DNA of 64,000 bases, taken from Dehalococcoidia bacterium (lineage in GTDB: Bacteria > Chloroflexota > Dehalococcoidia > UBA6926). The position numbers and the translations under genes are program-made. The notes beneath the pieces are model-generated. The model saw only the letters and a program-made list of their open reading frames with translations. It did no database searches and was not told the DNA's origin. This document shows, piece by piece, positions 40,040-49,619 of this stretch. The stretch lies in assembly GCA_963666115.2 (NCBI GenBank), contig CAXXET010000006.1, positions 320,001 to 384,000 of the forward strand, given 5' to 3'. How positions within the stretch are numbered: position 1 is the stretch's first letter; each line of letters starts with the position of its first letter.

Positions 40040-40528
40040 CTAGCTGCGGTCGGCGAGCCTTCCGTCCAGGATCAGGAGGCCGGCCTTGTCGTCACCGACC
40101 AAAATGAGGTCGTCGATGATGTCCTGGGCGGCCTTTTCCTCCTCCACCTGCTCTTCGACGAACCACTCGAGGAAGACGTGGGAGGGGTAATCGGAGTGCT
40201 GCTGTGCCGTGCGGTACAGGTTCTCGATCATCCCGGTTACCTTGCGCTCATGCTCCAGCGACGCCTTCATCGCGCCCAGGCACGTGCCGAAATCCTTGGG
40301 CGGCTCCGGCAGCGACTGCACCGTAACGCGGCCATCGCGGTCATTGATGAAGTCGAAGAACTTCATCGCGTGGGTGGTCTCTTCCTTCGACTGGAGCTTC
40401 ATCCAGTGGGCGAATCCGCGCAGGTTCGCCTCCTCGAAAAAGGCGGCCATGGCAAGGTAGAGGTGGGACGCGTACAACTCCGCGTTCAACTGGTCATTGA
40501 GCACCTTTTCCATCTCAGGGTGTATCAT
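40040..40528 (-). CDS. ftnA: Non-heme ferritin
   Basis: LNxQLNAELYASxLYLAM, EExxHAMK, LEWFVEEQVEEE. Confidence 0.93.
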   Translation of the reverse strand: MIHPEMEKVLNDQLNAELYASHLYLAMAAFFEEANLRGFAHWMKLQSKEETTHAMKFFDFINDRDGRVTVQSLPEPPKDFGTCLGAMKASLEHERKVTGMIENLYRTAQQHSDYPSHVFLEWFVEEQVEEEKAAQDIIDDLILVGDDKAGLLILDGRLADRS

Positions 40529-40674
40529 TTTTCCCTCCCGGATACCGGAGTCCGATCCTGCGAACTGTCAAACAACCACTAACCTGTAGTATACGGGCAT
40601 TTCGGCAAATACTACACTTAGTAGATTGAAACTTGTTCAACTCGGCTTAACGGCGGAAAAGGACTGTTGCTGCT

Positions 40675-42021
40675 ATGGTGTCGATGCGTCTCGCAGGGTC
40701 GCGGCCTGTCAGCGCCTCATCGGCGGCGGTGTTCCGCATCCTCTTCGGCCTGCTGGGCCTCGTGGCGGTTGTTCGATTCTTCGCAAGGGGCTGGGTCTCA
40801 GAGCTCTACATCGAGCCTGTGCATCACTTCACGTATTCGGGGTTTTGGTGGGTGCAGCCGTGGCCGGCGTGGGGCATGTACCTGCATTTTGCGCTGCTCG
40901 GGCTTGCGAGCATCGGCGTGGCGCTCGGCTACCGGTACCGCCTGTCGATCATCGCGTTCTTTCTCCTGTTCACGTACATCGAGCTCATCGACAGGACGAC
41001 GTACCTGAACCACTACTACTGGGTGAGTCTCGCAAGCTTCCTGATGATCTTCCTGCCGCTGAATCGCGCGGCATCCCTTGACGCGCTGCGGAATCCGTCC
41101 ATCCGAACCGGCACGATTCCCGTGTGGGCGCTCTGGGCGCTCATGGCACAGTTGGCGGTGGTGTACCTGTTTGCGGGCATTGCCAAGCTGAACCCGGACT
41201 GGCTCCTCAACGCGCAGCCGATGCGAATCTGGATGTTCAACAACGGCGACGTGCCGCTTGTGGGGCCGCTGCTCAAGGAGGTCTGGACAGCGTATGCGAT
41301 GAGCTGGGCGGGGGCTGTGTTTGACCTCACGATCATCGGCTGGCTGCTGTGGCGGCGCAGCAGACCTGTCGCGTATGCCGTGCTCGTCGTGTTTCACCTG
41401 ATGACGTGGGTGTTGTTCCCGATTGGAATGTTCCCGTGGATCATGATTGCCGGAACACTGATCTTCTTTCTGCCGGACTGGCCGGACCGCCTTATCGCCA
41501 GGTTACGGCGCAGGCCGCTTTCGACACCGACGGGGCAGGGGGCGGCATTGTCCCAACCAACTCCGCTCTTTCGGGTGGGCGCCGTTGCGCTGCTGGCATT
41601 CGCGCTCATACAAATCGCAATACCCCTCCGGCACTGGGCGTATCCCGGGAACGTGCGATGGAACGAGGACGGCTATCTCTTCTCGTGGCGCGTGCTGCTA
41701 ACCGAGAAGACCGGCCATATCAGGTTTCACGTGACCGATACGGCAACGGGCGAGCGATGGGTGGAATACCCCGAAGACTGGCTCAGCCCCTTGCAGGCGG
41801 AGCGTATGCCGTACCAGCCGGACATGATTCTACAGACGGCGCATATCATTGCAGACGATGCCGCCAAGCGAGGCCGCGATGTTGAAGTCCGCGCCGATTC
41901 GTTCGTTGCGTTCAATGGCCGGGAGGCCGCGCGCTTTGTGGACCCGGACGTTGACCTTGCGCAGGTCGAGCCGGGCTTGTGGCCGAAGACGTGGGTTCTT
42001 CCGGCGCCGGACGACGTTTGA
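40675..42021 (+). CDS. HTTM domain / vitamin K-dependent gamma-carboxylase-like protein
   Basis: FRILFG, YLNHYY, AGIAKLNPDW, IGMFP, FSWRVLLTEK, QPDMILQ. Confidence 0.9.
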   Translation: MVSMRLAGSRPVSASSAAVFRILFGLLGLVAVVRFFARGWVSELYIEPVHHFTYSGFWWVQPWPAWGMYLHFALLGLASIGVALGYRYRLSIIAFFLLFTYIELIDRTTYLNHYYWVSLASFLMIFLPLNRAASLDALRNPSIRTGTIPVWALWALMAQLAVVYLFAGIAKLNPDWLLNAQPMRIWMFNNGDVPLVGPLLKEVWTAYAMSWAGAVFDLTIIGWLLWRRSRPVAYAVLVVFHLMTWVLFPIGMFPWIMIAGTLIFFLPDWPDRLIARLRRRPLSTPTGQGAALSQPTPLFRVGAVALLAFALIQIAIPLRHWAYPGNVRWNEDGYLFSWRVLLTEKTGHIRFHVTDTATGERWVEYPEDWLSPLQAERMPYQPDMILQTAHIIADDAAKRGRDVEVRADSFVAFNGREAARFVDPDVDLAQVEPGLWPKTWVLPAPDDV

Positions 42022-42022
42022 C

Positions 42023-43120
42023 CTAGCGCAGGCTGTCCCCGTCCGTATCGCTGAAACCGACGGATACGCCAAGCAGGCTGACGACCTCCGTGCTCAGCGT
42101 TCGCTGGAGGTCTGAAAGGCGGTCATAGACCTCGCGCACCTGCTCGGGCCTTTCCGAAAGAGCGCGGCGCAGCGGCACATCGACGTCGTCAATGGCCGCG
42201 AGCGCGTCATCAAAGTTCTGCTTCATGCGGTCATCGGTCTCGGCGGACAGCACACGCACGATGTCGGATATTCCGTAGCTTTGTTCGCTGTCATGTCCGA
42301 CGTACATATCCCTCATGCCAAGGATCTGATTGCGTAGATCTTCAAGGGCGTGTTCCCCTTTGCCGCCCGGCAAGAGTTCCAAGTCCGGGCCACCCTCGCG
42401 CAGCCCCATCGCAGACGCGAGCCGCATGTCAACTATCGTGCGAATGAGAAACACCTGGGTTCTGACGACTTCGGCAACGGCCTGGCCGGTGAGCAGGGAC
42501 GCGGTTCCGCGGTCGGTAAAGAAGTCCTTGTACGGCGTCGCGCGCTCAATCCCCGTCGTCCATTCCTCCGCCACAAGCGCCGCTTCAACGTCCACGACTT
42601 CTCCAAGAGACGTCAGGAAAGCGCACCGCGTTGAGTCCGGCCCGGACAGCGCCTGCACTGCGTCATCCGCGAATACCAGGTACTCGATTGCGCCCATCCC
42701 GCGCTGCGTGGACGACAACGTGAACCGTATGTCGTCAGGGGTTGTGGCCGGGTTGTTCTCCAGCATGTTTTCAATGCGCTCCGGCTCCACCAGCGGCCAA
42801 TCCATGATGCCCAGCGAGCGGCGATCCATCACGGGACCCATCCACGTTGCCTCAGAGCGCATCCACGGCGCGCGCGTGTCCCGCCACGCCTGTTGGGCGG
42901 CGGCCAACGTTGAGTCGGTCGGGTTGGCGCAGAGGGCGTCCAGCGCCACTCGCAGCTCGCCGGTTTTCACAGCGACGGACTCATAACCGGGGACGATGAT
43001 GAGATCGGTCAGGCTTATTAGAACCTCGTCTTCTTCCGGCGCTGCCTCGCTGCCCTGGTTGCAGGCGACGGCCAGCGCGATGAGCGCGCCCAGACCGATG
43101 AGTCGAACCAGTTTGATCAT
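42023..43120 (-). CDS. Imelysin family lipoprotein
   Basis: LAVAC lipobox, GMGAIEYL, C-terminal GFSDTDGD; TGATG coupling with the upstream gene. Confidence 0.85.
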   Translation of the reverse strand: MIKLVRLIGLGALIALAVACNQGSEAAPEEDEVLISLTDLIIVPGYESVAVKTGELRVALDALCANPTDSTLAAAQQAWRDTRAPWMRSEATWMGPVMDRRSLGIMDWPLVEPERIENMLENNPATTPDDIRFTLSSTQRGMGAIEYLVFADDAVQALSGPDSTRCAFLTSLGEVVDVEAALVAEEWTTGIERATPYKDFFTDRGTASLLTGQAVAEVVRTQVFLIRTIVDMRLASAMGLREGGPDLELLPGGKGEHALEDLRNQILGMRDMYVGHDSEQSYGISDIVRVLSAETDDRMKQNFDDALAAIDDVDVPLRRALSERPEQVREVYDRLSDLQRTLSTEVVSLLGVSVGFSDTDGDSLR

Positions 43121-44529
43121 CACAACGACCTCAGAAACGTGATCAGGGCCTGCCGGTCTTCTGCTGCGAGGCCCATGAAGCTGTCTCGTGACTGCTCCGC
43201 CTCGCCGCCATGCCACAGTATCGCCTCTTCAAGATTGCGGGCGCGTCCGTCATGCAGAAACGTTGTGTGGCCGTTCACCGTCTCAACCAGTCCGATGCCC
43301 CAGAGCGGCGACGTTCGCCACTCCCGCCCGTTGGCCTCCGCATCGGGCCGGTTGTCTGCCAGACCCTCTCCCATGTCATGGAGCAGCAGGTCGGTGTAGG
43401 GGTAGATGATCTGGCTGCGCAGGGGCAGGACGGGAAAATCGTCTGCCGTCGTGTAGCGGGGCATGTGGCAGGAGACGCAACCGGTCTGCGCAAACAACTG
43501 CGCTCCATGGCGGACGTCGGGGTCGTCCACGTTGCGCATGGCGGGCACCGCGAGGGTCTGCACGTAGAACGTGACCTTGCCCAGCCGCTCATCCGGCGCC
43601 TCCGGCGCGCCGCCGTTGGGACGCGCCCGGCATTCCGCCTGGACCGGCGGGCAATTCTCGTGCGGGAAGTACGATGACGTGATGCCAATATCGCCGAGAA
43701 AGGCGCCTGCGGACTGCTGTTCAACGGTCGGCTGGTTTGCCTTCCAGCCAAAACGGCCAAGGACATACGATTGCCGCCCGATGTCCCACACCATGTTGGG
43801 ACGGCCTGAAACCCCGTCGCCGTCGAGGTCGTCCGGGTCTGCCTGCGCCAAGATGTCGTCCTCCCCTATAGCTTCCAGCAACCCCAGCCCGATTGTCTGC
43901 GGCGCGATTCGGGGTGAAATCATCAACTGCTCATGGAGCGGCCCATAAGCCGGCTCCGCAATCGTGTATGTCGGCTTGCGCAGGGAATACGACTCGCCAT
44001 CGGGATACGTCCCGTGAATGAACTCGTATCGAATGAGGATACGCCCCTCAGGTTGGACTCCGAGAATCGCGCGGTCCTGGAGTTGGCCTCCGTAGTTCGG
44101 CTCATCGACGGGGCCGTTTGGGCCGGGAATGCTGAGCCTGAGCAGCAGTCCCCGCACCGGATCGTCATCGTTATCGGGGGGCCGTGCCCGCCCGTCATGC
44201 GCGTGGCAGGAGGAGCACGACTGCGCGTTGAACGTCGGCCCCAGCCCGTCGCGCGCCTCCGTTGAGGCCGGCGCCGTCACCCAGTTCTGGTTGAAGAAGC
44301 TGTCGCCGATCTCGAACGTCCGGCGTTCCTCATTGGTCAGGTTCCGCGCGGAAAGCTCGAACGCATTGGAACCCGCGCTGAGCGCCGTCGTTTCGCCGCC
44401 AAGCATCTCGCCAAAAAGCAGTTCCGGATCGATGTCGTCCTGCCCGCCGCCCAGGCAGGCAGTGGACAGGACGACCGATCCAAGCACGATACCGGAAAGG
44501 AGCAGCGCTCGCGCCCGCGCACGGAACAT
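43120..44529 (-). CDS. Di-heme oxidoreductase family (DUF1111)
   Basis: CSSCH and CVSCH, GLGLLEAI, GRFGWKA, LHDGRAR. Confidence 0.92.
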   Translation of the reverse strand: MFRARARALLLSGIVLGSVVLSTACLGGGQDDIDPELLFGEMLGGETTALSAGSNAFELSARNLTNEERRTFEIGDSFFNQNWVTAPASTEARDGLGPTFNAQSCSSCHAHDGRARPPDNDDDPVRGLLLRLSIPGPNGPVDEPNYGGQLQDRAILGVQPEGRILIRYEFIHGTYPDGESYSLRKPTYTIAEPAYGPLHEQLMISPRIAPQTIGLGLLEAIGEDDILAQADPDDLDGDGVSGRPNMVWDIGRQSYVLGRFGWKANQPTVEQQSAGAFLGDIGITSSYFPHENCPPVQAECRARPNGGAPEAPDERLGKVTFYVQTLAVPAMRNVDDPDVRHGAQLFAQTGCVSCHMPRYTTADDFPVLPLRSQIIYPYTDLLLHDMGEGLADNRPDAEANGREWRTSPLWGIGLVETVNGHTTFLHDGRARNLEEAILWHGGEAEQSRDSFMGLAAEDRQALITFLRSL

Positions 44530-45734
44530 CAGCTAACGCTGATCGTGATTCCGATTTCCTCAGCGCCGGTGACGATGGTGTCCGTCTGGTTCTCAAGCGA
44601 GACAATGGTGGACCTGACGGCCATCCGTCCCGCTGTCTGGTCGGACACGCCCTCGGCCAGGTGCTGGTCGAATGGGTCGGGAATCGCCGTTGCGAGCGCG
44701 ACGCTGTGTCGGATTTCGGAAGCGAGTTGATCAGCCAACGCGGCGTCCTGCTCGGCGAAGAGGTCGCGGACGCCGGGGCCGGTCACCGTGCCGTAGTCGC
44801 CGAAGTAGACCATCTCAATGCCCTTCGCGTTGGCGATGATGTCCGCGTTCGTGTTGTCGGAGAAGCAGGAATGCTCATCTTCCTGCGAGCGCTCCTCGTA
44901 GGCGACCGCCATTCGCTCGCCTGCCAGTTCGCCGCGGCTCAGTTCGCCGATGCCGGTGATGATCCGCTGGATGGCCTCATCGGAGTCCAGGGCGACGAAG
45001 TCCGCGCGGTAGTTGTTTGCGCCGGGCGCCCATGCGTTGACCATCTGCTGGAGGTGGATGAGAAGCAGGTCTGAGGCGATGGCCAGGTACGTTGCCCGCC
45101 GGTGCGCGTTGGGGTTCGTCGTGTAGTCCTCGATTGGCCGCGCGCCGGGCGCGCCCGCGTTGAAGTCCTGGCCCCAGAGGAGGAACTCGATGGCGTGCCA
45201 GCCTGTCGAGACATTCTCCTCGCCGCCCATTTCATTGAGCTCGATCAGCAGGTTGGCGTCGATGACCGGATACTGCTCCGGGTTGTTGATGATCCCGGCG
45301 CCCGGATCGCCCTCAACGTAGTCGATGTAGGACTCGTCGAGCGGCCAGGCATTGATCAGCCCCTCCGGCCCGTCATCGGGATTATCGATTGGCCCGTCGT
45401 AGAACCGGAACGCCTCGGTCGGACCGTAGTCGTCGCGGGCAAGCAGCCAGAGCCGCTTGGCGGCCTCCAGGTTTGCCGGGGTGGGATCGGCGATGAATCG
45501 ATCGATTGCCGCGTCCATCGCAATGGCGGAATCCAGGCTGGTCGAATACAGATGGTGAACGCCCTCGGCGTAGTTCGTGACCACCGCCTGCTTCAACTCG
45601 TCATCGGGGCCGCTCGATGTCGTTGTGCAGGCCACCATCAGCCCGGCAATCAGCGCCCCGAAGATCAGAATCACAGACCTTGCTCTCACAATCGTCCTCC
45701 CTGTTGACGTGTTCTCTGCCCTATGGTTTGTCAC
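44529..45734 (-). CDS. Imelysin / iron-regulated protein A lipoprotein
   Basis: NAWPLDE, TGWHAIEFLLWGQD, GELAGER, EDEHSCFSDNT; start uncertain. Confidence 0.9.
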   Translation of the reverse strand: MTNHRAENTSTGRTIVRARSVILIFGALIAGLMVACTTTSSGPDDELKQAVVTNYAEGVHHLYSTSLDSAIAMDAAIDRFIADPTPANLEAAKRLWLLARDDYGPTEAFRFYDGPIDNPDDGPEGLINAWPLDESYIDYVEGDPGAGIINNPEQYPVIDANLLIELNEMGGEENVSTGWHAIEFLLWGQDFNAGAPGARPIEDYTTNPNAHRRATYLAIASDLLLIHLQQMVNAWAPGANNYRADFVALDSDEAIQRIITGIGELSRGELAGERMAVAYEERSQEDEHSCFSDNTNADIIANAKGIEMVYFGDYGTVTGPGVRDLFAEQDAALADQLASEIRHSVALATAIPDPFDQHLAEGVSDQTAGRMAVRSTIVSLENQTDTIVTGAEEIGITISVS

Positions 45735-45960
45735 ACCAAAGCGGCGATTCCGGGAGCAACAGCCGTGGAGAACTGGACGTGCTGCGTATCACATTCAACG
45801 GAGGGGAGGTCCGCCGTTGCCGTTCTCTCGCGCCATTACGCCCGGTCTCGCCAACTTTAGCGTCATTTACATTAGTAAAGGCAGCTAAACATGTCAAGAG
45901 GCAGCTAACAGCGGCGGAGAAGATTCAATCCTGCTTGGGCAGGGAGTGGGTGTCTGTGGG

Positions 45961-46650
45961 CTAGATAGGCCCGGAGACGCGAACGTGCTGGGCCCACCGG
46001 GTTGGAACCGTGACGTCCTTCCGGTCGATTGTCAGCCGGATGTGTCCGGCGCGCAGGTCCACCTCTTCGATGATGGCCTCGCGCCCCGGCACCACGTCGT
46101 TGTCGTGCATGTAATGGAGGAGTTCAAGATCGTCCTCCCCCTCCTCTGTGATGCGCCACACGACAATTGTCTCGCCCACGCTCGTGTCAGTCATCTTGCG
46201 CGCGCCCAAAAGCCGCTGCTCATCGGCCGATCCGGGAAACGGGTTGCCGTGAGGGCAGGTCGTCGGGTGCCCCAGGGACTCGTAGAGATGAGCCTCCAGC
46301 TTCGACGACAGCGTGTGCTCCATGTGCTCCGCTTCGTCGTCGGCGTCGGCCCAGTTGTACCCCAGGCTGTCGACGAGCAGTCTTTCAATGAGATAGTGCC
46401 GCCGGATGATGGACTCGGCGATACCCCTGCCCTCGGGTGTCAGCTGCACGCCGGCGCTCTGGTCGATGACTGCAAGGCCCTGGCGCTCCATCCTCTGAAA
46501 CGCCTGCGTGACTGCCGATGCAGACACGCCCAGCCGTTCGGCAAGGCGGGAGCCAACGACCCGCGATCCCTCCCGCACGGTCGTGTAGATGCGGATCAGG
46601 TATTCTCCCTGTACTGCGCTTGTGGCCTGGTGCGATTCGTCTTTGGTCAT
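45961..46650 (-). CDS. DtxR/IdeR family metal-dependent repressor
   Basis: EYL, LAERLGVS..VT HTH, RRHxLIE, EH, CPHGNP, FeoA-like tail. Confidence 0.92.
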   Translation of the reverse strand: MTKDESHQATSAVQGEYLIRIYTTVREGSRVVGSRLAERLGVSASAVTQAFQRMERQGLAVIDQSAGVQLTPEGRGIAESIIRRHYLIERLLVDSLGYNWADADDEAEHMEHTLSSKLEAHLYESLGHPTTCPHGNPFPGSADEQRLLGARKMTDTSVGETIVVWRITEEGEDDLELLHYMHDNDVVPGREAIIEEVDLRAGHIRLTIDRKDVTVPTRWAQHVRVSGPI

Positions 46651-46816
46651 ATGCCCGTCTACCTTGGCATTCCTTGCAGGGCTCTGTTTGCCCCATTGTA
46701 CGACGCCCCTGCGAGGCGGCGTAACCCGCGCGCGTGTGAGACTTTTCACAAACGGCATTTCATGTTAAGCTCACTAAATATGTGGACAGTTGACTAAAGG
46801 AGGATACCCTCATTCT

Positions 46817-47857
46817 ATGACGAATGTGAAGCTGATGAGCGTGAAGCTGGCGGTAATACTTATCCTGGCGGTTGGCCTTATAGCGGTGATTGCGTGCGGC
46901 GGGGATGATCCCACCGCGACTCCGCGCCCCCAGCCCGTTGCCCCAACGGCAACCACCGCGCCGGAACCCACCGCAACCACCGCGCCGGAACCCACAGCAA
47001 CGCCGACACCTGTGCCGGAGCCAACCGCGGTTCCGATTACCGTGACTGACATGTTGGGCAGGTCCGTCACGATTCCCGCAGCCCCGCAGCGCATCGCCAG
47101 TATCAGCCCCACGACGACGGAGTTCCTCTACGCGGTTGGAGGCACAGCAGTCGTCAGGGACTCCAGTTCACGCTATCCCGCCGAAGTGAATCAGCTTCCC
47201 GACGTTGGGCCGTCCTATACGCCAAACATGGAGCTTCTCGCCGAACAGACACCGGACCTCATCCTCTTTGAGGGGCTGACCCAGGGCCGCCACCTGCAGG
47301 CGCTGTCCCAGATTGGAGTCCCCGTGGTTGGCCTTCGCGTGACATCGTTGCAGGACGTCTACGACGGCATCGACCTGGTCGGCCAAATCGTGGATCAGCA
47401 GGAGGCCGCGGTAGCGCTGAAGGGGTCGATTGCCGAACGCATCGAGGCCGCCACCGCAAAGGTGCCGGAGGGCACGACTGCGCTGATCCTCATTCCCGAT
47501 GAGGAGCAGAACCTGTACGCGGCCAAGCCCAACTCCTACACGGGCGCAATCGCGGATGAGCTTGGATTTGTGAATCCCGCGGCGGACATGGCAGACGGGC
47601 AGCGCTTCCCCGGCTTTGCCCTGCTCCCGCCTGAGCAACTGGCAATCATCAACCCGGACTACATCTTCACCATCACGCCCGCGCCCCCGCCGGCCCCGCG
47701 TTTCGCGGATCTGTTTGTGGCGAATCCCGCCGCCGGCTTCCTGACCGCCGTGCAGATGGGCAACGTGCATGAGATTGATGCTACGCTGTTCATCCAGGCC
47801 CCCGGCCCGCGATTCGTGGATGCCGTGGAGATGATGGCGGAGTTTGTAGGAGGTTAG
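46817..47857 (+). CDS. Fe-siderophore/cobalamin-type ABC substrate-binding lipoprotein
   Basis: VIAC lipobox, PT-rich linker, VTDMLGR, PQRIASISP, PGPRF. Confidence 0.9.
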   Translation: MTNVKLMSVKLAVILILAVGLIAVIACGGDDPTATPRPQPVAPTATTAPEPTATTAPEPTATPTPVPEPTAVPITVTDMLGRSVTIPAAPQRIASISPTTTEFLYAVGGTAVVRDSSSRYPAEVNQLPDVGPSYTPNMELLAEQTPDLILFEGLTQGRHLQALSQIGVPVVGLRVTSLQDVYDGIDLVGQIVDQQEAAVALKGSIAERIEAATAKVPEGTTALILIPDEEQNLYAAKPNSYTGAIADELGFVNPAADMADGQRFPGFALLPPEQLAIINPDYIFTITPAPPPAPRFADLFVANPAAGFLTAVQMGNVHEIDATLFIQAPGPRFVDAVEMMAEFVGG

Positions 47858-47864
47858 TCCGTAG

Positions 47865-48842
47865 TTGTCCCGACGCGCACTGGTCCTGCCCGGGCTGGCG
47901 ATACTGCTCGCGGTAGGCTGCCTGATCGGGATAATCTACGGCCCGGCCAGTATCGACGCCCCGGCGGCGGTGTGGGCGGTATTCGCTGACGGCGGGGATG
48001 AGGCCACCGAACTGGTTGTTGGCCAATTTCGGCTGCCCAGGGTCATCGCGGCGCTGGTAGCCGGGGCCTCATTCGGCGCCTCCGGCGCGCTCATCCAGAG
48101 CGCGACGCGGAACCCGCTCGGAGACCCACAACTGTTCGGCGTGGGCGGCGGCGCGGCGATCATCCAGGCCCTTGCCATGGCCGGTCTCATCACTGCGAGC
48201 GCATGGGGCTTGGCGGCGCTGTCCGTCGTCGCCTGCCTGGTGATTTCGATCCTGATATTCCTGTTCGCCTCCCGCGAGGACCTCACGCCGACCCGTCTGG
48301 CTCTCATTGGCGTCTCGGTTGGCGCGCTCGCCCTTGCGGTGACGGCGGGCATACTGGCCTATGCCCGCGTCTTTAGCGTGCAGTCCATCTTTCTCATCAG
48401 CGGTAGCGTGACGAATCGCTCCTGGGATGACATCACGCCTGCTCTTCCGTTCCTGGTCGTTGGGCTAATGCTGGCTGTGGTGGCTGCCGGTCGACTCAAC
48501 GTGTTGGCGCTGGGCGACCGCCTTGCGCGCCACCTCGGGGCGAACCCGAACCGGACTCGCCTTGTCGCGATGGCATCGGCAGGCGTGCTCGCCGGCGCGG
48601 GAGTTTCATTGGCGGGTGTCGTCGGATTCGTCGGCCTGCTCACGCCGCACCTCGTGCGTCTGTTGGTGGGCAACGACGCGAGAATCGTGTTCGCGGTTTC
48701 CATCCCGACTGGAGCGGCCATCGTGCTCTACGCCGATCAGATCGCCAGGCTCACCTTCATGCCCTCTGAAATCCCCGTCGGACTGGTCACGACGGCGCTG
48801 GGCGCGCCCCTGATGATTTGGATTGCCAGGCAGCTTCGGTGA
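47865..48842 (+). CDS. FecCD/BtuC family permease
   Basis: RLPR, RNPLGDP, FVGLLTPH, EIPVG. Confidence 0.93.
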   Translation: MSRRALVLPGLAILLAVGCLIGIIYGPASIDAPAAVWAVFADGGDEATELVVGQFRLPRVIAALVAGASFGASGALIQSATRNPLGDPQLFGVGGGAAIIQALAMAGLITASAWGLAALSVVACLVISILIFLFASREDLTPTRLALIGVSVGALALAVTAGILAYARVFSVQSIFLISGSVTNRSWDDITPALPFLVVGLMLAVVAAGRLNVLALGDRLARHLGANPNRTRLVAMASAGVLAGAGVSLAGVVGFVGLLTPHLVRLLVGNDARIVFAVSIPTGAAIVLYADQIARLTFMPSEIPVGLVTTALGAPLMIWIARQLR

Positions 48843-48849
48843 CGCGCTG

Positions 48850-49557
48850 ATGGTCAATCACCCTCGTATACAGGTACAAGACGTGGTGTTCTCCTATGGG
48901 GAGCGCAGAACTCTGAACGGCATTACAACGTCGATAGCGGCAGGGGAATTCGTCTTCGTCCTGGGCGCCAACGGGATGGGGAAATCGACGTTGATGCGCC
49001 TAATGGTCGGGGAGTTGGAGCCGACCGAAGGCCGCATCCTGATCGAGCAGGACGGCGCTGCGGCCCGCCTGCCCGGACATGCCGGGAACATCGCCTATCT
49101 CCCGCAAGACCTGCAAGACCCGCCGTTCCTTTCCGTCAGGGAGGTCGTGAGCCTTGCGCGATTCAACCCCGGGCGCAGCATCGGCTGGCGGCTTTCCAGG
49201 GCTGATTCCGCGCTGGTGGATCAGGCCATAGACCAATGCGGCCTCGGACAGTTGGCTGACCGGCAGTTCTCCCAGCTCTCAGGCGGTGAAAAGCAGCGCG
49301 CTTGGCTCGCATTCTGCCTAGCCCAGCAGCGCCAATTCATCTTCCTCGATGAGTCCCTCCAGAGCCTCGACTACCACAGCCGCAACGACTTCTTCGATAT
49401 GCTTGCCGCCCTGGCGGAACAGGGAAAGGGGGTACTGGTCATCACGCATGATTTGGACATGGCGAGGCGGGCAGGCCGACGGGTCCTGGTTCTGCGGGAC
49501 GGCGCGCTGATTTATGATGGGGCGCCGGGGGACAGCCTGGCGGGACTGCTTGAATGA
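48850..49557 (+). CDS. ABC transporter ATP-binding protein
   Basis: GANGMGKST, LSGGEKQR, FLDE, ITHD. Confidence 0.93.
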   Translation: MVNHPRIQVQDVVFSYGERRTLNGITTSIAAGEFVFVLGANGMGKSTLMRLMVGELEPTEGRILIEQDGAAARLPGHAGNIAYLPQDLQDPPFLSVREVVSLARFNPGRSIGWRLSRADSALVDQAIDQCGLGQLADRQFSQLSGGEKQRAWLAFCLAQQRQFIFLDESLQSLDYHSRNDFFDMLAALAEQGKGVLVITHDLDMARRAGRRVLVLRDGALIYDGAPGDSLAGLLE

Positions 49558-49619
49558 TCTTTTCGCCCCCCATGCCCAGACCTTGCTGAGAGGCTGCCAA
49601 TCGCTGGAAGTGGTTGGGC

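Noticed and set aside
46949-46995. Tandem repeat with 24-bp period
   Set aside because: Encodes the ATTAPEPT linker of the lipoprotein; not CRISPR
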